Positions 16,682-26,528 of a stretch of 27,531 bases of DNA are shown here, one piece after another. This stretch comes from a virus (lineage: Duplodnaviria > Caudoviricetes): the IMG/VR virus record IMGVR_UViG_3300032218_001387, positions 1 to 27,531 of that record. The stretch is one strand, 5' to 3'. The notes under the pieces are model-generated. The model searched no databases. It saw only the letters and a program-made list of their open reading frames with translations, and was not told the DNA's origin. The position numbers and the translations under genes are program-made. Position 1 is the stretch's first letter. Each line of letters starts with the position of its first letter.

Positions 16682-17670
16682 TGAACAAAACGTATATTTT
16701 AGTAGATACTGCTAATACTTTTTTTCGAGCCAGGCACGTGGTTCGTGGTAATTTAGAAGATAAAGTAGGTATGAGTATTCATACAGTATTAGGTAGTGTA
16801 CGCAAAGCATGGCGAGACTTTAAAGGTAGCCATGTTATCTTTTGTTTAGAAGGTCGTAGTTGGCGTAAAGATCATTATGAACCTTATAAACGGCAACGAG
16901 CAGAAGGTCGTGCAGCAATGAATCCAAAAGAACAAGAAGAAGAAAAAGTCTTTTGGGAAACATTTGATCAATTTAAAGATTTTGTTATTAATAAAACTAA
17001 TTGTAGTGTATTGCATCATCCTCAATTAGAAGCAGATGATTTAATTGCAGGATTTATCGAGCATCACCCCGATGATAGCCATGTTATCATTAGCACAGAT
17101 GGAGATTTTGCTCAACTTATTTCTCCAAATGTGCGTCAATATAATGGTGTTAACAGTATTACTATTACTCACGAAGGATATTTCGATGAAAAAGGTAAGC
17201 CTGTTGTAGATAAAAAGACAAAAGAAATTAAACCTGCACCAGAACCCGAATGGCAATTATTTGAAAAATGTATGCGTGGTGATACCAGTGATAATGTATT
17301 CAGTGCATATCCCGGTGTTCGAGAGAAAGGAACAAAGAATAAAGTTGGCTTACGAGAAGCTTTTGAAGATCGTAATAGTAAAGGATATAACTGGAATAAT
17401 ATGATGTTACAACGATGGACTGACCACGAAGGAAAAGAACATCGAGTATTAGATGATTATCTTCGTAATAAATTATTATGCGATTTAAAAGCACAACCCG
17501 ATGATATTAAAAAGATTATTAAAGAAACTATTTTTACAGAAGTAGAAAAAAATAAAAATATTCCTCAAGTTGGGATTAGATTATTAAAATTCTGTGCGGA
17601 ATACGATTTACAAAAAATCAGCGAACAAGTACAAAGTTACGCCGATCCATTAAATGCGAGATATAATTAA
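16681..17670 (+). CDS. rnh: T4 RNase H-like 5'-3' exonuclease (FEN superfamily)
   Basis: ILVDTAN, YKRQR, EADDLIA, STDGDFAQL, GDTSDNV motifs. Confidence 0.9.
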   Translation: MNKTYILVDTANTFFRARHVVRGNLEDKVGMSIHTVLGSVRKAWRDFKGSHVIFCLEGRSWRKDHYEPYKRQRAEGRAAMNPKEQEEEKVFWETFDQFKDFVINKTNCSVLHHPQLEADDLIAGFIEHHPDDSHVIISTDGDFAQLISPNVRQYNGVNSITITHEGYFDEKGKPVVDKKTKEIKPAPEPEWQLFEKCMRGDTSDNVFSAYPGVREKGTKNKVGLREAFEDRNSKGYNWNNMMLQRWTDHEGKEHRVLDDYLRNKLLCDLKAQPDDIKKIIKETIFTEVEKNKNIPQVGIRLLKFCAEYDLQKISEQVQSYADPLNARYN

Positions 17671-18152
17671 TGAATTCAACTGCTAAAGTATTAGTTCCAA
17701 ATAAAGAATGGTTAGTGCGTGATGGAGATCGAAAAATTGGTTCCATTAGTAAAGCCAAAAAAGGTTATGTTTTTTTAAAAAACGGAAATCAAATTAATTT
17801 TAAAACTCTATCAGAAATCAATACCCAATTCGGTATTGCGATATTTGAAGAAAATATTAAAAAAGTTAAATCCGATATTGTCGAAAATAAAAATTATTCT
17901 ATCTACGATTTCCCGTGCAGCTCTAAACCGCATAACCCTTTATATAACATAAAAAAGAAATTACCGTTATTTGCCAAAAGCAATAAAAGCAAAAGCCAGT
18001 ATTGTGCAGGGCATTATATCATTAAATTTCGAAAAGGGTGGGTTAAGAGCTTTTGTCCTAAATTAATCACGTTAGACCGGTACCCGTTCCACGGACCAGT
18101 TAAAACAGAATCAGAATTAAAATTATTATTAAATAATATCAATAAGTTATGA
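17670..18152 (+). CDS. Hypothetical protein
   Basis: 160-aa basic ORF overlapping both neighbours. Confidence 0.7.
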   Translation: MNSTAKVLVPNKEWLVRDGDRKIGSISKAKKGYVFLKNGNQINFKTLSEINTQFGIAIFEENIKKVKSDIVENKNYSIYDFPCSSKPHNPLYNIKKKLPLFAKSNKSKSQYCAGHYIIKFRKGWVKSFCPKLITLDRYPFHGPVKTESELKLLLNNINKL

Positions 18153-18370
18153 AACAATTAAACACTATACCTATAGAGGACTTTTTAGACACGGTAAGGG
18201 TTGCTATTAAAAGTAATCAAAAAAATGTCACTTTATCTATTAAAGAAGCTACTGATCTTCAAAATAGCCTAAGCGTTGTAATGACAAGATTATCTGGTCA
18301 ATTGGACGATATTGCTACAAATAACACCAATGCTACTGTATCGATTAACATGGACGGCGGTAACTTTTGA
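18149..18370 (+). CDS. Hypothetical protein
   Basis: 73-aa ORF with ATGA overlap; ends in MDGGNF. Confidence 0.7.
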   Translation: MKQLNTIPIEDFLDTVRVAIKSNQKNVTLSIKEATDLQNSLSVVMTRLSGQLDDIATNNTNATVSINMDGGNF

Positions 18371-18420
18371 ATTAAAGTTTGATAAATATATACGTACTTT
18401 TCGGAGATTATGTTTATATT

Positions 18421-18720
18421 ATGTCAAGACCCAAACCAAAAGTTTTATTAGAAACTACTAGCAAAAAAACTTATAAAACAGAACAAGTTTTAGAAGCCGA
18501 AGCAATTTGGGCAGTATTTTATCAAGATCATCCTATTAATCTAAAAACTTCTAGCCTAATAGGTCAACAATTGGGTCCAAAATATAAAAAAGTATCCTTT
18601 TCTAATGCCGGACATGCTTTTAACTTATCAGAAAAATTAAACAAGATTTTTAATACCGATGAATTTTCTGTTTTTAAATTAACCACCGGCGAAAAATTAA
18701 CTGATGAACCCAAAAATTGA
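18421..18720 (+). CDS. Hypothetical protein (start likely ATG 18421, MSRPKPKVLLE)
   Basis: Preceded by GATAAATA (18381-18388) and GGAG. Confidence 0.7.
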   Translation: MSRPKPKVLLETTSKKTYKTEQVLEAEAIWAVFYQDHPINLKTSSLIGQQLGPKYKKVSFSNAGHAFNLSEKLNKIFNTDEFSVFKLTTGEKLTDEPKN

Positions 18721-19087
18721 AATAACCAAAAAAGTTGCTGAAATACTAGGCCTATCATTAGATAATAAATCGATTAAAAAACTTATTCAAACTTGGTGGC
18801 AAAATCCTCGAAATAAACCCACCGGCGGTCTACACCTTACCGAACAAGGATTTGCGTCCTTAAAACAAGCAGATATCAAAGTACACAAGATAAAATTAGA
18901 AACGCCAATTATATTCTATAGTAATCAACTAGTTATTTGGTTAGATCGTTTTATAGATAGTCCTTGGTTTTTGTTTAGAAATGAAATATTTGTTTTTGGT
19001 GATAAAACAGCAGTACAGTTAATATTATTCTCGGGTAATATAGAACGATTTGTCTCTGCCAAAGCAGAAAGTTTAAAATCTCATTGA
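18704..19087 (+). CDS. Hypothetical protein
   Basis: 127-aa ORF overlapping the upstream gene. Confidence 0.65.
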   Translation: MNPKIEITKKVAEILGLSLDNKSIKKLIQTWWQNPRNKPTGGLHLTEQGFASLKQADIKVHKIKLETPIIFYSNQLVIWLDRFIDSPWFLFRNEIFVFGDKTAVQLILFSGNIERFVSAKAESLKSH

Positions 19088-19112
19088 CATCTTGGTAAAT
19101 TTAATGTAGAAT
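19084..19112 (+). promoter_or_regulatory. Sigma70-like promoter upstream of the AAA/VWA pair
   Basis: TTGACA (19084-19089), 17-nt spacer, TAGAAT (19107-19112). Confidence 0.75.
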
Positions 19113-19162
19113 GCGTATGTAGAAATTAGATACATCCATTTTACACTAAATTTGAGGATTTT

Positions 19163-20242
19163 ATGGCAGAGCAGTTTTCCATCAATCGAACAGTTACTCC
19201 TAACGAAGCTAAACGTAGCGTTCGTAAATGTATTAATATTCAGCGACCAGTGTTTGTCTGGGGGCCGCCGGGTATTGGTAAATCAGACATCGTTCACCAG
19301 ATTGGCGACGAACAAAACCGCAATGTTCGAGATATCCGTTTAAGTTTGTGGGAACCGACTGACATCAAAGGTATCCCGTATTACAATAGTTCCCTTAACA
19401 CTATGAGTTGGGCTCCTCCTATGGAATTACCCAGCGATCCTGATAGCACAGATATTCTGTTTCTAGATGAACTTAATTCGGCTGCGCCGGCCACTCAGGC
19501 TGCTGCGTATCAATTAATTCTTAATCGTCGAGTCGGTACTTATACACTGCCTAAAGGTGTTAGTATTGTTGCTGCTGGCAACAGAGAATCTGATAAAGGT
19601 GTTACTTATCGTATGCCTGCTCCATTACAGAATCGATTCTTGCATCTCGAACTTCGTACCGATTTTGAAGATTGGCAGGAATGGGCTGTAAAGAACATGA
19701 TTCACGAACAGGTCGTGGGCTATCTAGGATTTGCTAAACAGGATCTTTATGATTTTGATCCGAAAGGTTCTAGCCGTGCATTCGCTACACCACGTAGTTG
19801 GAGTTTTGTTAGTGATCTACTTATGGATGACGACCTCGACGACAATACACTAACTAATCTTGTTGCAGGGTCGGTTGGAGAAGGACTGGCTGTTAAATTT
19901 ATGGCACACCGTAAGGTTGCTAAACAGATGCCTAAGCCTGAACAAATTCTTAGCGGACTTGTTAAGAAAAGCGAGATTAAAGAAATTTCTGCTATGTATT
20001 CGCTAACCGTTAGCCTTTGTTACGAATTGCAAACTGCACATCAGAAGAAAGTTAAAAATTGGGACGAAATGGCCGATTGCTTCTTTGGATTTATGATGGA
20101 TAATTTTCCAACCGAATTGGTTGTTATGGGAGCAAAAGTAGCCCTCACGAATTACCAGTTACCTTTCGATGCTTCTAAATTAAAGAATTTTGATCGGTTC
20201 CATGAAAAATATGGTAAGTACATTATCCAGGCTATGGAATAA
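19163..20242 (+). CDS. MoxR-like AAA+ ATPase
   Basis: Walker A GPPGIGKS, Walker B LFLDE, sensor AAGN, Arg finger NRF, TPRSW. Confidence 0.92.
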   Translation: MAEQFSINRTVTPNEAKRSVRKCINIQRPVFVWGPPGIGKSDIVHQIGDEQNRNVRDIRLSLWEPTDIKGIPYYNSSLNTMSWAPPMELPSDPDSTDILFLDELNSAAPATQAAAYQLILNRRVGTYTLPKGVSIVAAGNRESDKGVTYRMPAPLQNRFLHLELRTDFEDWQEWAVKNMIHEQVVGYLGFAKQDLYDFDPKGSSRAFATPRSWSFVSDLLMDDDLDDNTLTNLVAGSVGEGLAVKFMAHRKVAKQMPKPEQILSGLVKKSEIKEISAMYSLTVSLCYELQTAHQKKVKNWDEMADCFFGFMMDNFPTELVVMGAKVALTNYQLPFDASKLKNFDRFHEKYGKYIIQAME

Positions 20243-20247
20243 TTGCA

Positions 20248-21495
20248 ATGACTGCTACTACTGCAAACAAACGTGCTAAAATTAAACTTGAAAAAAAAGA
20301 GTTTACTGAAGCCGAAAAAAATAAGATTATTGAAAAACTTGTGACCGCAAGGATTGGTCTTTTATTGCGTCATCCGTTTTTTGGAAATCTTGCTACTCGT
20401 TTGAAATTAGTAGATGCTACTGATTGGCTTCCTACACTAGCAACCGATGGTAGAAATTTTTATTATAATAATGATTTCGTTAATCGTTGCACTCCTAAAA
20501 ATGCTGAATTTGGATTTGCTCACGAAGTATTGCATAATGTGTTTGATCACATGGGTCGTCGCGACGGCCGAGATCCTACATTATCAAATATTGCTGCAGA
20601 CTATGCAACCAATCAGATTTTAAAAGACGAACGTATCGGTGAAGTTCCTGAATGGATTCAAATTTTTCAAGATAACAAATATCGTGGTTGGAGTTTTGAA
20701 CAAATCTATAATGACATTTATGAAAAAGCTGAAAAAATTGATATTAATCAGTTGGGCGAACTACTCGATGAACACCTCGATGGGGAAGGCCAAGATGGAG
20801 AAGGTGAAGATGGCGATGGTAAAAGTAAACGTCCTAAATTAACGCCCGAAGAAAAGAAAGCTATTAGAGACGAGATTAAAGAAGCAATGGTAGCTGCTGC
20901 ACAATCGGCCGGTGCTGGCAAAGTCCCGGCCGCAGTTGCTCGAATGATTCGAGATTTTACCGAACCAAAAATGGATTGGCGTCAAATTCTTCGAATGAAT
21001 ATTCAAAGCATTATTAAAAGCAATTTTAGTTTTACTCGTCCAAACCGTAAAAGTCAGCACAGTGGTGCTATCCTACCAGGTATGTTGAATGAAGAAACTA
21101 TTGATATCGTTGTATCTTTTGACATGAGCGGAAGTATTACCAACGACATGGGTAAAGAAATGATCAGCGAAGTCAAAGGTATTATGGAAGAATACAAAGA
21201 TTTCAAACTTAAACTATGGTGTTTTGATACTAATGTATATAATTATGCCGAATTTACCGGAGATAATGCTGACGATTTGTTATCTTATGAATTGAAAGGC
21301 GGCGGTGGCACTAATTTTAATTGCAATTGGCAATATATGAAAGACCATGATATACAACCAAAACGGTTTATCATGTTTACTGACGGCTATCCGTGGGATT
21401 CTTGGGGAGATCCGGACTATTGCGACACATTGTTTATTATTCATGGAACAGAATCTATCGTTTCTCCCTTCGGTCAAACTGCATATTATAAATAA
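20248..21495 (+). CDS. Metallopeptidase-VWA protein (DUF2201-like), partner of the MoxR ATPase
   Basis: ATDG, HEVLH (HExxH), acidic/Gly linker, MIDAS DMSGS, GGGT, FTDG. Confidence 0.88.
   Translation: MTATTANKRAKIKLEKKEFTEAEKNKIIEKLVTARIGLLLRHPFFGNLATRLKLVDATDWLPTLATDGRNFYYNNDFVNRCTPKNAEFGFAHEVLHNVFDHMGRRDGRDPTLSNIAADYATNQILKDERIGEVPEWIQIFQDNKYRGWSFEQIYNDIYEKAEKIDINQLGELLDEHLDGEGQDGEGEDGDGKSKRPKLTPEEKKAIRDEIKEAMVAAAQSAGAGKVPAAVARMIRDFTEPKMDWRQILRMNIQSIIKSNFSFTRPNRKSQHSGAILPGMLNEETIDIVVSFDMSGSITNDMGKEMISEVKGIMEEYKDFKLKLWCFDTNVYNYAEFTGDNADDLLSYELKGGGGTNFNCNWQYMKDHDIQPKRFIMFTDGYPWDSWGDPDYCDTLFIIHGTESIVSPFGQTAYYK
21487..21494 (+). promoter_or_regulatory. T4-type late promoter motif TATAAATA
   Basis: Exact TATAAATA 13 nt upstream of ATG 21508. 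Confidence 0.55.
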
Positions 21496-21507
21496 AGTAC
21501 ATAGATA

Positions 21508-21804
21508 ATGTCACTGAATAGAAATGAGGTCAATCCGTTAAGTGTATTAAATGTTAGACGGTTAAAGTTTATACCAAAACATTTTACCAAAATTTCTTTG
21601 GATATATTAACGGATATCAAAATTTTAAATCGGTGGATTAACTATAACTTAAATAGCAGGTATGCAATTAAAAAAACAATCACTGTAGATCATAATAATA
21701 AAATGATCGAAATGATCGAAGTAGGCATAGAGGATTCTAGGGAAATTACTATGCTGACATTGGGATGTCCCTATATACACAAAACCAAAAAGGAAATATT
21801 TTAA
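21508..21804 (+). CDS. Hypothetical protein
   Basis: 98-aa ORF after the TATAAATA motif. Confidence 0.7.
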   Translation: MSLNRNEVNPLSVLNVRRLKFIPKHFTKISLDILTDIKILNRWINYNLNSRYAIKKTITVDHNNKMIEMIEVGIEDSREITMLTLGCPYIHKTKKEIF

Positions 21805-22092
21805 ATGGATAATCAAGACACAGCGCAAGTACCAACTCAAGAAGGTGTCGGCGGAGCCGATGCTGTAGATAATACTACACCACCATCACCCCCGCAGATC
21901 AATATACAGGATTTACAAAGTCTTCGTGCTATTGTTGATACGGCTGTACGCCGCGGTGCTTTCCAAGCAGCCGAAGCTACATTTGTTGGCGCATCATTCG
22001 ATCGATTGAATGCGTTTTTAAATTCTGTTGCTCCACCCGAAGCCGCTTCCGACCAACCAAACACAGTATCGGCACCAGAAGCAACAGCATAA
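21805..22092 (+). CDS. Hypothetical protein with helical core and disordered ends
   Basis: SD AAAGGA; 95 aa. Confidence 0.7.
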   Translation: MDNQDTAQVPTQEGVGGADAVDNTTPPSPPQINIQDLQSLRAIVDTAVRRGAFQAAEATFVGASFDRLNAFLNSVAPPEAASDQPNTVSAPEATA

Positions 22093-22104
22093 TAGGAGAA
22101 ATTT

Positions 22105-22743
22105 ATGATGAAGCATGTAGGTAAAATGAAAAACAACGGAGCAAGAGTCGTTGTAGCATATCGAACTTTACCGGGCGATGCTTATCACGCACTAGTGATA
22201 AGCACTGCTAAACTTGGGGAATCGTACCATGATTCTTTAATGTCCTTAGTACAAGGACCCGAAGGTCAAGATTCCAACGAATTAGCAGAAGTTCTTGCTG
22301 TTAGGAAATTTCCTGACGGTAGTACAATGCTTCATTGGTTGCATCAGAGAGGCCAGTTAATTAAAGTTCCTACTGACGGAGTATTAATGACTCCTTCAAC
22401 CAGAGAAAATGATAATATCTCTCTAGATGAATTAAATCTAATAATTGCCGAGCAAAAAGGATTAAGCCTCGATGAATTGGCCATGACAGATGGCGTCAAC
22501 CCTAATCCTAGAACCTCTGTTACATTAGACGACCCAACTAAAACGACCAGTGCTAGTGTGAATTCCGAAGAGAGTGCAATCACCGCTAAGACAACATCGG
22601 CACCGATTGAATTAAGTTCTACAGAATTGCGTTCACGTGCCGATGCATTGTTTAAGCAAGCACAGCAACTTCGCAAGCAAGCAGATGATCTTGACCCTCC
22701 TAAGAAGAAGTCTAAGAAAGTTGCTAGCGTAGAAGTTGAATGA
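22105..22743 (+). CDS. Hypothetical protein
   Basis: SD AGGAG; 212 aa; coiled-coil and basic C-terminus. Confidence 0.75.
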   Translation: MMKHVGKMKNNGARVVVAYRTLPGDAYHALVISTAKLGESYHDSLMSLVQGPEGQDSNELAEVLAVRKFPDGSTMLHWLHQRGQLIKVPTDGVLMTPSTRENDNISLDELNLIIAEQKGLSLDELAMTDGVNPNPRTSVTLDDPTKTTSASVNSEESAITAKTTSAPIELSSTELRSRADALFKQAQQLRKQADDLDPPKKKSKKVASVEVE

Positions 22744-23624
22744 GTGCTTCGGAAAAAGTCTATTTAAACGCTCTCAAAGATATTTTAGATACCGGTCAAT
22801 ATCGTCCAGACAGGACTGAGACTGGTACTCTAAGCATCTTTGGTTTACAAATGCGTTTTGATTTAACTGAAGGCTTTCCTGCTGTTACTACTAAAAAGTT
22901 AGCATGGCAAGCCATTGTTAGTGAATTACTTTGGTTTTTAGAAGGTAGTGGGGACGAATTTCGATTAAGAGAAATCTTACACGGAGAGCGTTATACGGAA
23001 AAGACTACAATCTGGACTGGCAATGCGCAGTCTCCCAATTGGGTTAACAAACATAACCAACGTCATAAAGGAGACCTAGGTCGTATCTATGGCGTACAAT
23101 GGCGAAAATGGCGTAAACATTTAATACGTATCAATAAAGTCGTATTACAAAATCACGATCAATTACTAGAACTTATTCGCGGTATTAAGGAAGATCCTTA
23201 CAGCCGTAGACATATTATTACTGCTTGGAATCCGGGTGAATTAGATCAAATGGCATTACCGCCCTGCCATGTAATGAGTCAATTTTATGTTAACAACGGT
23301 CGATTAAGCTGCCATATGTATCAACGTAGTGCAGACATGTTTCTTGGAGTGCCGTTTAATATTGCTTCATACGCATTGTTTACGCATATGCTAGCACAAG
23401 TTTGTAATTTAGAAGTACAAGATTTGATTATTTCTGTAGGCGATGCTCACATTTATAATAATCATGTTGAGCAAGTTAAAGAACAACTATCACGTAAAAT
23501 GCTGCCTCTTCCAGAATTAAAATTAAATGCTAAAATTAGTGTTATTACTGATTTTGATATGGAAGATATCGAATTAATTAACTATCAAAGCCACAATACT
23601 ATTAAAGCCCCAATGGCTGTTTAA
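22740..23624 (+). CDS. thyA: Thymidylate synthase
   Basis: DRTETGT, ELLWFL, GRIYGVQWR, SRRHI, MALPPCH, YQRSADMFLGVPFNIASY, GDAHIY. Confidence 0.97.
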   Translation: MSASEKVYLNALKDILDTGQYRPDRTETGTLSIFGLQMRFDLTEGFPAVTTKKLAWQAIVSELLWFLEGSGDEFRLREILHGERYTEKTTIWTGNAQSPNWVNKHNQRHKGDLGRIYGVQWRKWRKHLIRINKVVLQNHDQLLELIRGIKEDPYSRRHIITAWNPGELDQMALPPCHVMSQFYVNNGRLSCHMYQRSADMFLGVPFNIASYALFTHMLAQVCNLEVQDLIISVGDAHIYNNHVEQVKEQLSRKMLPLPELKLNAKISVITDFDMEDIELINYQSHNTIKAPMAV

Positions 23625-24817
23625 ATTTTAACTTCGATTACGCCTTGACTACCTTCAAAATCTTGAAGTGCTACAGCAAAAATTGCTCTAGCATGTTCTG
23701 TTCCTGAATATTTTTGAGCATATCCCGGAGTACTACTAGTAACTAAACTGGAGCCTTTCTTGATCGGGCCTGTTACTTTGCATAAAACACGACCTTTCAA
23801 CGCCACATAAGGGTGTGTTTGATCGTCGCCGGCCCCGGAATTCATCATATAAGCAGGATTTTGTGATATTACACCTGCTACTGCCATATCGCCCACTGTG
23901 TTAGTAACAGTAATTTCTTTTTCTCCGCCAATTACTACTACTGTTCCAACTTCATAAGAAGTATCTGCTGCATATCTTTCTGCTAAATCTGCATAATAGG
24001 CAGCAGTAGCAGTAACATTTAATACATTAGTGGATGGATTAAAATAAAAAGTTGACGTAGAATATAATGGTAATGATCCGGTAGTAGTAGAGGCAAAAGT
24101 TACATAGTAGTTACTATTGTTCGAAGTTTCCAATAATTTAGTATTAGAAGATAATGATTCGGACGCAGTTCCCCAAAAGTAATATCCACTAGCAATACTA
24201 GATCCGTTTATATCTGTTCCTGCTAATGTTATACCTTTTACTATTCCTCCTCCAAAATCTGCATCGGCTAAATCTGTTCCTGCAGTCGGAACAAATGCTG
24301 GAATAGAATTTAAATTTTGTGTTGAATTAGCATCAATAGAAGATGCTATGACCATTACAGGAACAGGGTTTGTATTATATAATAAATTGGTATTAAGATA
24401 ATTTGCAGTATCATATGCCCAGGATTGAGCATTGGCCGGAGGTCCTATAATTGTATCATAAGTAGCACCATTACAAATTGCTAATTGCGCACCGTTCCAC
24501 CACAAATCTCCAACATTTAAACTTGCGGGCTGTGTACTAGAAGTGCTAAGATATGCTAATGGTTTAAAATCTGTTCCGTCGTAATTGACATTAAGTTGTC
24601 GAGATCCGGAATCAAACCACAACTGCCCTTGAATAGCATTGGCCGGAGAAACAGAATTGGAAAAATTTTCTAATAGATAAACAAAGTTTTGATCTATAAC
24701 ACTACCGTATCCGGAATAATTACGACCCACAAATGTTAAACTTGTAGTTACATTTAATGAGGCTTCATCAACTGTAGTTAATATATTTCCGTTTGTTTTT
24801 GTTAAAGTATACGACAT
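23621..24817 (-). CDS. Tail fibre/spike-like virion protein with C-terminal intramolecular-chaperone (peptidase G2-like) domain
   Basis: N-terminal GRNYSGYG...ENF...GQLWFD module; S/T/G-rich body; C-terminal YADLAERY...AGVIS.NPAY.MN...VALKGRV.CKV.G.IKKG. Confidence 0.7.
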   Translation of the reverse strand: MSYTLTKTNGNILTTVDEASLNVTTSLTFVGRNYSGYGSVIDQNFVYLLENFSNSVSPANAIQGQLWFDSGSRQLNVNYDGTDFKPLAYLSTSSTQPASLNVGDLWWNGAQLAICNGATYDTIIGPPANAQSWAYDTANYLNTNLLYNTNPVPVMVIASSIDANSTQNLNSIPAFVPTAGTDLADADFGGGIVKGITLAGTDINGSSIASGYYFWGTASESLSSNTKLLETSNNSNYYVTFASTTTGSLPLYSTSTFYFNPSTNVLNVTATAAYYADLAERYAADTSYEVGTVVVIGGEKEITVTNTVGDMAVAGVISQNPAYMMNSGAGDDQTHPYVALKGRVLCKVTGPIKKGSSLVTSSTPGYAQKYSGTEHARAIFAVALQDFEGSQGVIEVKI

Positions 24818-24829
24818 TTTTTTTCCTAA

Positions 24830-25861
24830 TTATACCACTGCTGCTGATTGATAGATTATATTTGTAAATGTAAAAACACTAGAATTAGAAATATTAGGTG
24901 CTTTCCATTCTCCTATTTGACCGGCGGTTAGACCAGCTTGGAATAATCGTATTTGATAGTAGCCGGGGCAAGTTACCATAACTCTTACTTGACTATTCAA
25001 CGGGACACCCGATTCCGATAAAGAAGAATTTGCAGGATTAATAATTGTAGCATTTGAAGTAGTATTAATTGGAAATACTTTCGACAAAAATTGAGAAATA
25101 AACCCATTTTGTTCTAATGCATAACTTGGAGAAGTAGAAATAAATATTGGTGTAGGCACTAAAGGATTAGGTACCGCATAATATGTAGAACCAGGGGCAG
25201 CTAGTACTCCTAGATCAATTGTTATAGATAGATAATTGTTTAATATCTTTCCTGTATATTGTATATCCCCTAATATTGTTAGTCCTTTGACTGTAGATTC
25301 AGTAATTGTGCTTATGTACGAAGATATTGCGTTCGAAGTTCCTATAGAGGACTGAACATTGCTCATGTAACCTAATACTGTGCCATCATTTGCATTTTCT
25401 AATAAAGTAACTGGCAGCGGTTGAGGAGGAACATTTGCATTATATACGGTTGTATTAACTGTTGTCGGCACCCATCCATATGCAGGACCAATTGTAAATA
25501 TTGTTGAATTATTATATATTTTTAATTGACCGTTAGTTGAATCCCACCATAAATCTCCGCTGCTTAAATTTGTTGGCTGACTTCCTGATACAACAGCGCC
25601 ATTGATGGCTTTAAAACCTGCATCAAAAATGTTTAATTTTTTTCCTATAGTATCATACCATAATTGTCCTACTAAAGGAGAAATAGGCGGACCGCTGCTA
25701 GCATTATTTGCTAATAATGTTACTAAATTATTATTAAGAGCTTGGCCAAATCCACTATAGTTTCTTCCTATCAAAGATAGAGAAGTAGAACTTGCATCAA
25801 TTGTATTATCTGCTAGTATAGTTAAAATTGATCCATCAGTGTTTAATATTGTATAAGACAT
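24830..25861 (-). CDS. Tail/baseplate-associated virion protein, paralogous N-terminus to 23621-24817
   Basis: MSYTILNTDG...GRNYSGFG...GQLWYD...GDLWWD. Confidence 0.65.
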   Translation of the reverse strand: MSYTILNTDGSILTILADNTIDASSTSLSLIGRNYSGFGQALNNNLVTLLANNASSGPPISPLVGQLWYDTIGKKLNIFDAGFKAINGAVVSGSQPTNLSSGDLWWDSTNGQLKIYNNSTIFTIGPAYGWVPTTVNTTVYNANVPPQPLPVTLLENANDGTVLGYMSNVQSSIGTSNAISSYISTITESTVKGLTILGDIQYTGKILNNYLSITIDLGVLAAPGSTYYAVPNPLVPTPIFISTSPSYALEQNGFISQFLSKVFPINTTSNATIINPANSSLSESGVPLNSQVRVMVTCPGYYQIRLFQAGLTAGQIGEWKAPNISNSSVFTFTNIIYQSAAVV

Positions 25862-25862
25862 A

Positions 25863-26522
25863 TTAAATTCCGCCAGTGAGGCTTTGTATTCTCACAGTGT
25901 AATCGATTTGAATCATTCTGTTTAATGATTTTTGAACTGGGTGGAATATTACATGAGTTAATAATAAATTATCTCCGGTTGCTGTATAACTTTTTAATCC
26001 TAGTTCATCAAAAATATAATTTCCGTTAGGAGTTGTGGCATTGTCGAATGCTGCTTGGCCCGACGGTTCTCCAAAATCTAACAAACAGCTAACTAAAATA
26101 TCACTATAAGTTGTTCCTAAAATATGGCGTACTTGCATAAAATTTCTAGCAGGATCCAAATCACTAGCTAATTTAGGATCAACTACTTTACTATAAGTTT
26201 CGTTGTATAACGCCGCAGTAGGACCAATAGTGTTAGGAGTCAAATATGTAATAATACCGGTGTCATCAACTAATGTGCCACCATTACCGAATGCCATTTG
26301 AGAAATAGTACCATAACCTTGATGACTTAAACTTTGTGCTAATGCTAACGAAAAATTTTCATAATGTATAGCATTACGCTTATCTACAAAAATTTCCTTA
26401 GTATTAGGGTCAAAAATCTTAATATGACCTTGGATCTTAATCGAGCCTTGCTCGTTTGGACGGGCGGCAATTTCTGTTTCTTGGCTTTTTGTTGAGTTAT
26501 TCATAGTTTTAGACTGTTCCAT
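25863..26522 (-). CDS. Putative virion structural (tail/baseplate) protein
   Basis: Beta-rich (IKIFD...MAFGNGG...FDELGL...IDYTVRI); in the - strand structural block behind TATAAATA. Start may be 26504. Confidence 0.6.
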   Translation of the reverse strand: MEQSKTMNNSTKSQETEIAARPNEQGSIKIQGHIKIFDPNTKEIFVDKRNAIHYENFSLALAQSLSHQGYGTISQMAFGNGGTLVDDTGIITYLTPNTIGPTAALYNETYSKVVDPKLASDLDPARNFMQVRHILGTTYSDILVSCLLDFGEPSGQAAFDNATTPNGNYIFDELGLKSYTATGDNLLLTHVIFHPVQKSLNRMIQIDYTVRIQSLTGGI

Positions 26523-26528
26523 AAAATA

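Noticed and set aside
19117-19135. Weak hairpin ATGTA...TACAT upstream of the MoxR gene
   Set aside because: Only 5 AT-rich base pairs with no second copy; not distinguishable from chance.
21702-21720. Short tandem ATGATCGAA x2
   Set aside because: In-frame (MIEMIE), only two copies, consistent with chance or slippage.
371-22676. Many short ORFs (60-110 aa) in the track, antisense or out of frame inside long genes
   Set aside because: Nested in well-supported genes and lacking motifs or RBS; treated as shadow ORFs.
22740-23624. ThyA as a dCMP/dUMP hydroxymethylase feeding the glycosyltransferase
   Set aside because: Retains canonical ThyA motifs, including the dUMP-specifying Asn in GVPFNIASY; looks like an ordinary thymidylate synthase.
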